Origin: Macrostomum lignano
Lineage: Eukaryota
Direction of reading: 5' to 3'
Assembly (NCBI GenBank): GCA_002269645.1
Contig: NIVC01001668.1
Span: 186,001-250,000, forward strand
DNA: 64,000 nucleotides
Of this stretch, positions 1-30,020 are shown one piece after another. Positions within the stretch are counted from its first letter, which is position 1; every line of letters starts with the position of its first letter. The notes under the pieces were generated by a model. The model saw only the letters and a program-made list of their open reading frames with translations, searched no databases and was not told the origin of the DNA. The position numbers were made by a program, and so were the translations under genes.

Positions 1-140
1 GAACTTACAGGTGTTTCATGTGCATTGAGGACACAGGAACTTACAGGTGTTTCATTGAGGACACGGGAGCTTACAGGTGTTTCATTGAGGACACGGGAAC
101 TTACAGGTGTTTCATGTGCATTGAGGACACGGGAAATTAC
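1..140. repeat. Tandem repeat, 30-36 bp unit
   Basis: gaacttacaggtgtttc(atgtgc)attgaggacac, about 4 copies. Confidence 0.85.
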
Positions 141-897
141 ACTTAGATGCTTTGAGTATTAAGGGCAGGAGCACTTGCCAGGTGTGCAGAATGAGGAAAG
201 AACTATTTTTTAACTTTCCGCACAAAGTATACTGTACAATGAAAATTAATAAATCAGCTATAAAGTTTACATGTAATAAATATGATTGATAAAGAATGAG
301 CTCTGAGAACTACTTAATCTAATGGTTAATGTACGAGAACTCTTACATGTACAAATAAATGACGGAGAGACCTATACTGGTCACTTTCATGGACATATAA
401 ATGGAGCAGTTTAGAACAGTCATGTCAGTATATATTTAATCCAAGACATATATAGTGGTATGCAACACTCAGGTTCAATGCATCAAAAGCATCAGAAAAG
501 CAAAATAATATTTGAAGCAGTTATACTACTGGCCCGAGCTCCTCCTTGTCATGCATTGTTGATAATATTACAACAAAGGTCACACTACAAAGGGATTAAA
601 CTCTTTGCTCAGAGATTCCCTTGAATTACAAATTTGCTCAGTTGCACAAAAAATTTCGTTTTAGCGCTTCCTTTTTCCTACTGTAAGTAGAAACATGCGA
701 TTTTTTCAACTAAGAATGTGCCATTTCTACAAAGCCTGGGGCGCTTGTTGCAATCGAATTTTTTCCCCTAATAAACTTTGGTTCGAAGAGTAGAACAGAT
801 GTGTCATGCTTACATAAGAAGCCGGTCAAGACAAAAAGCACAACTGGTTTTAACAAAGGTCAAAGGTCACGATTTGGTGGGGAGTCGTCGGGAGGAC

Positions 898-20028
<19,131 letters not shown>

Positions 20029-21601
20029 CTGAAATTTAAGAAAAAATTAAAACAGAAAATAGACTTTCTAATTAGTGCTTTCAAGCTGTCGACCCTGGGT
20101 AGGGGCTTAAGTGGAATCAAACGATAGAATAACATTCCAGCAGAGAGTCAAACAGCAGTCACCGCGGCCCCGCCCGCCCGACAGCAACAATTCTCCCCTT
20201 TGTCCTCATTCAAATTCCATATTCTACCCTCCCAAATTGAGGAGGAAAAGGCACGATTTTAGCGGACAGCAAAAACAGCCTCTCTCTCTCTCTCTCAGCT
20301 GCTTTCTCTTGTCACTTCCGCAGATGCCCGCCCACCGCCCGCTGTGTGCACCGCATGGGGTCGCCCGCTGAAGTCCTCCGAAGCCCATGGATACAATTAA
20401 TCTGAAGGCAGCTAAGGATCTCAGAGTCTTTATCACAGCCCCCCCCCCCGAATAGTGAGGCATTCCAGTGCAAGTATAACAAGAAGCGAAAAGTTGAAAA
20501 AAAGCACAAGCAAAACTAACAAAGCGCCCACTCTCAAGGGCTGTTCAGCAGCTGGGCCACAATGGACTGGGAGCAGAATTTCTACGCAGACACGGTCGAT
20601 GGGAGTTCAACAGGCAGACAGAATGGCAGGCAACCCTGAACAATACGCAACTCGTGCTCATCTGGTGCAGGTCATGGGAGCGAGCCATCTGCTATCCATC
20701 TGCAGTTATCGACGCGGAGTTACGCAAGACCAACTCGACCCTTCATTCAACAGCTCAAAAAAGAGCGAAAAAGCAACGATTTATGGCCTGCTGGAGACAG
20801 TGAAAGGAAAACTGCCTTTTGTATTCCTGTCAAGTGTTGTTGGGCTTCTGTCGAACGCCACTAAAACTCTTCGTTTCTTCTTTCCATGCAGTTTGTGGCT
20901 CCATACAGCGACCCGTTTTCAGCAATAGAAGCACAAAAAGCTGTTTTTATGACAACCAAGACTTGCGTTTAATGACCTCCATCTGACCTCCAACAGCTGT
21001 CGCCAAAAAGGATGTGAAACAAAGCGGCAGCCATAGTCAGCTCAATGAGTCCTATTCAGGATGATCAAGGATGCAGTTGAAGAAGTCAACTTGACCTCAA
21101 GTCCTATAGTCCCGTGCTCGACATATCTATTGTTTCTTTTTTTCTGTTGAAGATGCTCAAGAGTTTCACGTAATATCCGGGCAAGTGGAGACTGGAACCT
21201 GTTTTACCTGACTTTGTGAATCATACTGACTCATGGCAGTACGAACTGGACTGCTAACGGATTTTTTCAATTGACAATAAAATAAACTGCCACCCCCGAC
21301 TGCAAACATGGCTCTGTTCGGATTGCGTAACCAGCGCCTTGCCTCGGGCCACAGATGGGCCGCAGATGGATCTGCCGAGGAAACACAGAGCGACAGTTAG
21401 CGGAAGAGGGACTCATAATTAGATTTCGACGTGTGGCATATTTGATGAGGAACAGAGCTGGCCTCCTCCCCTGAGGGGAGGAGGGAAGAGAGAGAAAGAG
21501 AGGGTGTCAGTTGTCACTCCGGGTCTTTGTGCGTTAAATTTGTTACGTCATACATTGACACAACCGACCCATGCTTTACTCTGCGACACTTCGTCACTCA
21601 C

Positions 21602-21655
21602 CGAATTCTGACGCCCGTTGAAAGCGACCAAGTCGATTTGGTCCAGTAGAACCAT
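21602..21655 (-). CDS. Candidate first coding exon of the PDZRN-like gene (MVLLDQIDLVAFNGRQNS)
   Basis: GCCATGG start context, followed by a phase-0 GTGAGT donor that matches the phase-0 acceptor at 20028. No homology support. Confidence 0.35.
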
Positions 21656-22019
21656 GGCTCTCACAGCGGGTTGGTTGGTTCCGCCCTCTCGTACTCGAGT
21701 GATGAAGCGGATTGCTCCAGGAGTGGTCTCAGACTGCCAGTCTGTGGGAGAGACTGTCGGAGCAACTGCGGCTTTTATAATAACCGCCTCGACGTTCCAG
21801 GGTCTGCGTCGCGGGTCTCCCCGTCCCTCCCCTCCATCGAGCGATTGGGGACGGGTGGGGACCCCGCCCCCCAACCAATAGGAAGTGCTTTGACTTGCTT
21901 CTGGTCAAACATTCGCTCTCAGCAATGTGAATGTAAAAACCCTTAGCGCTTACTATTAGTAGGCGAATCAGCTTGTTAACATACAGTGACAGTGATGTTG
22001 TGGGAATGTCCTCCTAAAA

Positions 22020-22374
22020 CAGGGGTCGGCAAACTCCGGCCCGCTCAAAGCTTGTGTCTCTTCTTTCCTCTCTCCTCCCTCTCTCTCTCTCCTCTCCCTC
22101 CTTTCTCTCCTCTTCTCCCTCTCCTCTTTCCTTTCCTACCTCCTTTCTTCTCTCTCCTCTCCTCTCACTTCATCGATTGCATCCCTCCTCTCTTCTCCTT
22201 TATACCCTTACCTCTACTTTCTCCTATCTCTCTTCTCTCTTCTCTCTTCTCTCTTCTCTCTTCTCTCTTCTCTCTTCTCTCTTCTCTCTTCTCTCTTCTT
22301 TCCCCCTCATCCGACCCGAAGTCTGGTCTGGGTTCTCTATTTGGCCCTTGTTTTAAAAAGCTTGCCGACCCCTG
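22020..22374. mobile_element. hAT (Charlie-like) MITE with a CT-rich core
   Basis: TIRs caggggtcggcaa / ttgccgacccctg and an 8-bp TSD tcctaaaa (22012-22019 and 22375-22382). Confidence 0.8.
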
Positions 22375-22794
22375 TCCTAAAACTATAGGAAACCTTGCGG
22401 GAGACCCACAAATCATCAATATTAGCAGTTTGAGTTCAGTAGAGCAGCATCGTAAACAGTGCTCATACCAGTTTATCTTAAAATAAATTGCTTTGTTTTC
22501 CCCATAAAGCTGTAATTGCGTCAGACAATATTGCTCCCAGTAGCTACCTATCTGAGGCTGACTGACTACAGTTGTAGGCTATGGGGCCGCTTGGTTAAAA
22601 TTAATTATTCCAGGCTCAACCGTTGTTGTTTGCCTCCGATGAAAAATGGCCAACAATCTAAATATATATATATACTGCTTCCCACACAGAGGTCATAATC
22701 CGCTATTGTTTGAGTATCTGTGAGCTCCGCTAAAAACTAGCCAACGTCCTCAGTAAAGTATACTTACTGATAGTGGCCTTTGTTGCGATCTCCA

Positions 22795-25700
22795 ATGGCA
22801 ACGAGTCTCGGCAGTTGGATAAAGGAGAAGTTAAAAAAGGCTGGGAGCTGCGCCGGTTGCTACAAGCGAATGTACTCTGCCAGCAAGTCCTCAGCAGCAT
22901 CGGTCAGGCCAGCGGAGCCAGCCGAGATGCAGGAAGCTCAAAAAGCCAACATCGGCGACACTGACGAAAAGGACGACAAGAACGACAAGTCGATTTTGAT
23001 GTCGCTGATGAGCTTCGCAGATTCCACCACTGCTCACGGGTTCTCTCGGCTGGCGGGCTCCTCAGGTCGAACTGGCAGCGGCCTGTGGCTGCTGTTTCTG
23101 CTGGCGGCCTACGCGGGCCTCTGCTACCACACCGCCACGCTGGTCCTCAAGTTCCAGAGCCACCCGGTGTCCACCAGCCTGATTGCGGAGGTTCCATTCC
23201 AGTACCCGGACATCTACCTGTGCAGCGCCAATCCTGTAGGCTACAGCCGCATCACCAAGTCCATCCAGAAGACGGCCGACTACGCCTACCTGTACGAGAC
23301 CAACGTGACGGCTTACAACTTGAAGCTGCAGAGTGACGTCATTAACAACAGTGCGGCGGATGTCAGCCTAGGAATCCACACCGCTTGGCTTAACTGGCAG
23401 ACGGAGATTCTGTCTAGCAGGGTCAATCTGTCGAAAGGTGCATCGAATTTTAAAATTACATTACTGGTTGAATTGATTCTTTAAAGTGTCATACTCAGCA
23501 TCTGGCCTACGGAAAAAGCGTTAGTCTCTCTTTGGTCAGGAAAGATATAAAGGTATGCAGGTGCGAATACGTAGCATTTGAAGCTTCGATGATAGCAGTG
23601 ACCTCATGGTCATGGCCATTTCGCTGGATTGAGTCAAGTTTCGGATTAGTTAAAGTTGGTGAAAATGTCACTTAGATTGACGAAATGTGGAGTTTTTTTT
23701 TCAAAAAAATCACTTTCCACAAAAATACAGACTTCTTCAACAGCTGCAGGATCTCTCTGCAAGGGGAAGAGTTCACAGGAAACTACACCACAGCGCTTAC
23801 CTACAACCAGAGCCTGCAACCGATCCGAGTGCCCTGCGTCACCTGGTCGGAGGCCCGATCGCTCGTCAGCAACATCTCATCCACCATAGGAAACTTTGTG
23901 CCCAACCTGAATCACTCTTCCTGCCTGTACAACTCGAAGTTGGACGTTTTGATGACAAAGACTGTTCTGGGCAATTGCAGTTTCTTAAACATGATTCTTA
24001 ATCTGACGTCCAAGGATGCACTATTACTAAAAATTGCTTTCTGCCTAAAACATTTGTAGGTGTTCCAAAATTAGACAGCAACTACACGATTGGCAAAGTA
24101 GTGCAAGGTCCGTTCTGCTTCCACAGATCTGGGAGTAGCGACAGCAGACTGGACATCAACTACTGCGGTGTGCCGTTCTGTAGTGAGTTCTCCGTGCTTT
24201 TTTGAGCTGAAAATTTATCGAAAATTCTAGAACACGGGTTGAATTTTTGTTGCGCACCTTCTGAAACATGAATGAAGTCGCCAGCCCTCCAGACGGTCGA
24301 GATATTCAACGATTCTGCCAGAAGGTCGGATTTTTCCCATAAGCGCCAGTGTATTCAATACAACCTGTGCGCCAATCAGCACTGCGCCTCATTACAGCCT
24401 TGCCAAGCCTCCAAATTTCATCAGAACGTCTACCGCATGTGTCTGCATCAGCTCTGACTTCGTTGGTCGCTGGCCTTCACCCAGACAGAGCTTCTGTCTG
24501 ATAGATTATACTAGATTAGATCCAGACCAGAATAGAATAGACTAGGCTATATTAGAACTAGACTAGACTAGACTAAAATACTGTAGAAATAGACTAGAAT
24601 AGACTAGAACTAGATTAGAACTAGACTAGTCTAAATTAAAAATAGACTAGACTAGTGATTTGAAATTCCTACTGTAAAACCTTGCTGCAGGAAAACCCCC
24701 ATCGGAAAATTCTCACAGACCCTTTCAAACGGTACTTAACTGAAAAGTTCCTAGAAATTTTCAATCCAGAATTAAAGTACACAATGTCACGGTTTAGAGT
24801 AGAAAACCATAAACTGGCCCGCGAAACAATCAAGGACTGCGAAACCAAGGATCCCTTACGAGAACCTACCCAAAGTGCCATGTGGGAGTGGAAAGTGAAG
24901 TTCACTTCCTGTTAAATTGTAGTTGGAACTTTCATAGTGCTCCCTGTGATAAATTCTTGAATAAACTTTAAAATTAAAAAACGTTACAGCAGACGGCAAA
25001 GTATTTTATCTAATAATAAAAAAATAATTGATAACACCTGCCCCGATTGGGCCAGATGTGCAACCGACAGCTCAGCCGCAGCTATCTGAAGGCTGCGTAC
25101 GGCTGTTCAGTCCAAGGACTGGGGGATCGCCACACGCACCCTCAATTACCCCAGCTAATGCTGGCACCCATTTTACAGCTGGGTGAACTGAAGCAATGCA
25201 GAGTTAAGTGTCTTGCTCGAGGACACTAAGTGTTCCAGTGAGATTAAGAATCGAACCCCCGACCTTCAAGTCGTGAGTCAGACGCTCTAACCACTTGGCT
25301 ACAGTCCCCTTTTAGTTAATGACTCCATAAGATCGAGACATATTGAAAATTTTAGCTAAGTTCATCAAATGCCCGGTACATGGCACAGGCCGGAAGGCAA
25401 CTGCCCTGAGGCTTTATATTGGTTGAGCAAAAATATGCTCGAATTGCTCTGTTAGCGCACGATATTTCGAAGGCTCCTACACCGCATCTCCTCAATGAAC
25501 TGTAAAACCGTCCCGCAGGCAAGGCTGAAAACAATCTTGCCGACTGCTCAGCTCGCATCACCAGCGGCAGCTCAATCAGCACAACCTACATGGGCTCAGA
25601 GCAGACGTCGCGTTCTGGAAAATCGTGCCGATCGTGGGAGGCCCTGGCGAATGGCAGCCTGGCTGCAGAGTTTCAAAATCTGAACTCCAGCTTCGAGTAT

Positions 25701-28403
25701 CGCGTGTTCCTGCCCGACCCAGACTCGGTTGCCAGCGTTGGCAGCGGCTGTCGGAGCGCAGTCGTGATGTTCAAGGACCCCAGCAGTGGCCTGGGCTGGC
25801 AGTCCATCTACAAACTCATCATTGACAGCGACGTTGAAAATGAGTCTTGGTGTCTGGTTGAAAAGCCGAATTATAAAAACCTCACGCTTGAGGGCTGCGC
25901 TGTTCCTGACTGCTGTGAGTAAGGCGTGGCAAGGTGGGGAGAGTGAAGTATACTCGTACATTATGCATATGTATACTCGTACTTTGTATAGATATATGTC
26001 TAACTCGCTGGGCTGTAAACTGCTTGCATGACTTATTAAACTTATTAAACCTGTCTTACAGCAATGACGCAAGCAGCCTATTCAGCTATGTGTAGTGAGT
26101 GAAACAAGGCTAGACTGCTTGTTGTAGTCGATAGTTGCCGAAAGCTTGCAGGCGAGAATAATAGCGATCAGTATATTTATTGAATTATTGAGCTGAGTCA
26201 GGGTGGTGGCTAAAGTCACACTATGCACATTTGATATTGTACGCACAAGGGTAGAGCTAGCAAAGTCACGCGGCGTAGCCGCTAACAACTACCCCAACAC
26301 ACACGATAGTAGGCGCTGCCTACACTATGTACTAACCGGGGCTAACTTTGCTTAACTAGCAGCGCTAAACTAAACTGAGACTGACGTCCTAATATGAAAT
26401 TAGCATAGAATGTCTACAAACAACATTCTGATTTACAAACATCCTTTCAGCAACCTCGCTGAAGTGCATCTCAGGCCTGCTGCACCAGAAGTACGGACCT
26501 CACGTGCTCTCCAAGCTGGTCGGTCCGAGCTTGGACGTTACCCTGCTCGACTGCAGCTTCGGTGACAAGAAGTGCACACCGGCTGACTTCACTGCGCTGC
26601 ACCATCCCTACTACGGCGCCTGCTACAAGTTCAACAGCGCTCCGTTCCTTCGAGACCTGACGCCGATGCAGCACGGTTTGCGTCCGCTCAGCCTGAAGCT
26701 GTTCGCCGACGATCACGACTACCTGGGGAACCGGCGTCCGGACACCTTCACGGCCGTCCGAGCAGTCATGGGCGGCCCGTACAACACCGGAGACGTGAGC
26801 GAGCCGGCAGGTTTTCGGCTGTTCGTGATGCCGCCGGGACAGCATCCAAGCTCCCCGAATGCCATCATCATCTACACTGGGGCCCAGTCAACGGTTCAAA
26901 TTAAATTTGTTGAGAACACGGACCACACAACGAGAGGCCTGTGCAACCCGGTTGAGTCAACCATTGACTACAGCATCCACAGCTGGAGCCCGACTGTACG
27001 TCGACCGAGGAACGAACAAAACTTCTCGTCACTAGATCCCTACTTTTTGTGAGTCAGACTCACACTTCTGACAAGAAACACTCGTACCATCCGTCAGACT
27101 CAATCTGAAACACAGTTCTTATCAATTTTGCAAAAATTTTAACTCCAACTTACTCACGAAAATTTCAGTGAGTTCAACAATAGCTGGACGTTTGTAAGCG
27201 ACCAGGAGTCTTGCGCCAACCACATTGTTATCGACGAATTTATTAGGAACTGCGACTGTCTGCCCTACCTGTTGCCAATTCCGACCAAATACAGAAACAT
27301 CCCAGACTGCTTCTATCTGAACAGCTCCGACCCCGCTGGTATTGAAAAGTTGCAGCTGAGCGAGTTCTGCGCCGTCAAACTGTTCACAAAGATGGAGACG
27401 CTCATAGAGAAGCATTGGGCTGCATGCAAGCCCAACTGTCGGAAGCCTCACTACTCGGTGCAGCTGGTGAGCATTCGATGTTGCTTGGCATTGAATTCGA
27501 AAGACAATAATTCAAGAGCTTGGTAGTGAAGTCGTGTGGCTTGGATACGTTTAGATACGCTTGGACTACGATATGCCCTAACGTCTATGACTCAAATTGT
27601 TACAGTTGTGGTTGCGTCTTGTTCAGGCCACAGATACTAAATAACTATAATTCGTTATATAGTATCTGTGATTCAGGCTTTTTGTATAGAATAACACGCC
27701 ATTCAATTCACATTCTACGAGCGTATGTTAATCCATCAGCTAGACAAATATACAATCGAGCTCATATTTCCGAAAGTCCGTTCTCTGAGTTAGCTTGTCC
27801 ATGCTACACCCAAGAACTACTTAAGTTGTCCATGCTACATCTACTCTACGTTCAGGATTTTTGGTTCTGCGGTAAAACCCATTGCTGATTTTATCAAATC
27901 AATTTTTATCGACATCAACCTTCTAGACGACTCAGCCGTGGCCCTACGCGTCCCACGCCGCTTACAACGCGACGCTGCAGTCGCTCACTTCGCTGGTCGG
28001 CTTCCCGAAGCAGGTGAGCCCCGACCAGGGCCTGGCCATGCTCTACTACTCCTACCTGCAGGGTGAGCAGCTGATCCAGCCCAGCTCGGTGCAGCGCTTC
28101 GGCCAGTCGCTGGCCATGCGAGAGGCGGCCCGCAGCAACCTGGCCTGGATCCGGGTCGAGGCCGAGTACCCGATCGGGTCCGGCAGCGCCCAGGCCGACG
28201 GATATCCGGTGGAGAATCTGCTGGCCGAGATGGGCGGCATTCTGGGTCTGTACTGCGGCGTCTCTGTGCTGACCATCTGCGAGCTGATGGACCTGGTGGG
28301 CCGCCTGCTGCACCGGGCCGCACTGCGGTCGCTTCGAGGAAGACAAGTTGACAGCATCGGCGACTCGTCGAGTAATTCGAAAGTCGCTTCAACCACAGTT
28401 TAG
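22795..28403 (+). CDS. DEG/ENaC (amiloride-sensitive sodium channel family) subunit A with two kringle-like domains, about 924 aa, 7 exons
   Basis: Exons 22795-23437, 23731-23970, 24060-24182, 25519-25914, 26451-27048, 27169-27466, 27927-28403 total 2775 nt in frame. Motifs: FADSTTAHGF (HG), TM1, FQYPDIYLCSANP, LLDCSFGDKKC...HPYYGACYKFN, a Cys-rich thumb, and TM2 LLAEMGGILGLYCGVSVLTICE. Confidence 0.9.
23731..24182 (+). other. Kringle-like domain 1 of channel A (exons 2-3)
   Basis: Six Cys in kringle order: SCRISLQGEEFTG...PCVTW...HSSC...GPFCF...INYCGVPFC (C-x4-C end). Confidence 0.7.
24495..24657. repeat. Degenerate (ACTAG)n
   Basis: Intron 3 of gene A; expanded at 59360-59725 in the other arm. 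Confidence 0.8.
25036..25309 (-). mobile_element. tRNA-derived CORE-type SINE
   Basis: Minus strand: A box TAGCCAAGTGG and B box GGTTCGATTC, then gtgtcctcgagcaagacacttaac...cagttcacccagctgtaaaatggg, resembling the CORE domain. Confidence 0.7.
25519..25914 (+). other. Kringle-like domain 2 of channel A (exon 4)
   Basis: ADC...YMGSEQTSRSGKSCRSW...SGCRS...SWCLV...EGCAVPDC. In paralog B it reads FMGSVRTSRSGRTCQPW...PWCLV...ESCSVPDC, close to the kringle consensus YxG-x3-TxSGxxCQxW / PWC / ExCxxPxC. Confidence 0.8.
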
Positions 28404-29211
28404 CGACCGTATACCGAGACCCCGAAAACCCCGGGTTTGGGCCATAGACTCTACCGGGTAGCTGCTGCCAGTGCTTGAGAGCATCAGAAGCTACTGTCTA
28501 TGGCCTTAACACCGCGGGGTTTTTCCTCTGCGACCTCGGATGACCCTCAGAAAATAGCACGAGAGCGTCAAGGTGAAATCAAGCAACAACAGTACAAAAT
28601 TTCCCTAAAGGCAGCTTGCTTTTGTATTGTAGTAGCTAAACTTTAATTCTTTGATTGAAGTTTGTGACATATGAGTTATGAATCAAACTCAACTTTTTTA
28701 TACATTGTACGTGTTGTAATTAGCACCTAATTTGTAATTGCACTTATTTCCGTTTTTTTAAATTGCTTAAGAAAACTATAAAGGACCTAAGTAAAATATG
28801 CATTATTCTTAGCTGCTATTTGAAATCATATATACAGGACAGCAACTTTTGTGATCGTTTGATGTAGAAATTGGCGGGCTCTATGTTGGGGACAGGCTGG
28901 GTGTTGGAGCTTAGCAGAATGTCTATGGTAGAAGTCTGTTTCTGATTCGCTGATGGAGTTCAGTGTTGATTAGGAGTTGTCAAAAATGAAGCGGACTTTT
29001 TGGGTACACATAATGATGGTAAAATGATGGAAAAAATAAATTTTATCAATGCTCTTCTATCAACTAACGACAACTAACGGAATTTTCCAGCCAAATTGAG
29101 CCTTGGAATTGAGTAGTTGAAGACTTGCTGTTCAATGTCTATTTGAAAAATTCTAAAATATGTGATCCTATTTTAGTATCATAGCTAGTTCCTAATCAGC
29201 TTAGTCTCGTT

Positions 29212-29400
29212 AATCAGCTAGTATCAGCTAGTATCAGCTAGTATCAGCTAGTATCAGCTAGTATCAGCTAGTATCAGCTAGTATCAGCTAGTATCAGCTA
29301 GTATCAGCTAGTATCAGCTAGTATCAGCTAGTATCAGCTAGTATCGGCTAGTATCGGCTAGTATCAGCTAGTATCAGCTAGTATCAGCTAGTATCAGCTA
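29212..29400. repeat. 10-bp repeat (atcagctagt)n
   Basis: About 19 units. Confidence 0.95.
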
Positions 29401-30020
29401 AAGTCCAAAGTAAAACAGTCCAGCTACATTCCAAAGCCACGATCTACAACAATAGCCAGGGAGAATCAAATGGATTACAATTCGCCAGAGTCAGAGTAAA
29501 GGATGCTCAAGAGTCCTTGTAGCATCCAAATTGTAGCCGCAACGCTGATTTATTAATAAAATGATGCCATATGCCTACTCATCAGAAGCCTTTCCAAGAA
29601 TAAACAATCGATGCTGAAAATATGAAGAGACAAAATTAGCACATAACGAATTAATTGACATTGTCACCCTGACGAAGAGGAAGTACGTGCTCCATGAAAA
29701 TCAACTTCTCCCATTATTGACGCTCCTAGGAGTAACCGGCCCTGCTGGTATGAAAAAATTCTATCAGGAAGAGAGGAGGGGGGAGAATCATAACTGTAAT
29801 TTATGCACCTCTCCTTTCCCCAGTGTGTTCGCCGTCGCTTTTCAACTTCTCTCTCAGTGATTAACTATTCCGGTTGCCAATGACAACTCTTCAAACAATT
29901 GGGCAACGGCAGAGAGAGAGGGCATTTAAAACGGGTACCAGGAGCCAGACTGCTGCAGCACAAACATAGAAGAAAGCAAGGGAGCCCCTGTCTGAGTCTG
30001 CAAACTTCAGTGAGGCAGCG

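Noticed and set aside
25240-25309. tRNA gene
   Set aside because: It has A and B boxes, but the acceptor and anticodon stems do not pair, and it continues into a SINE body.
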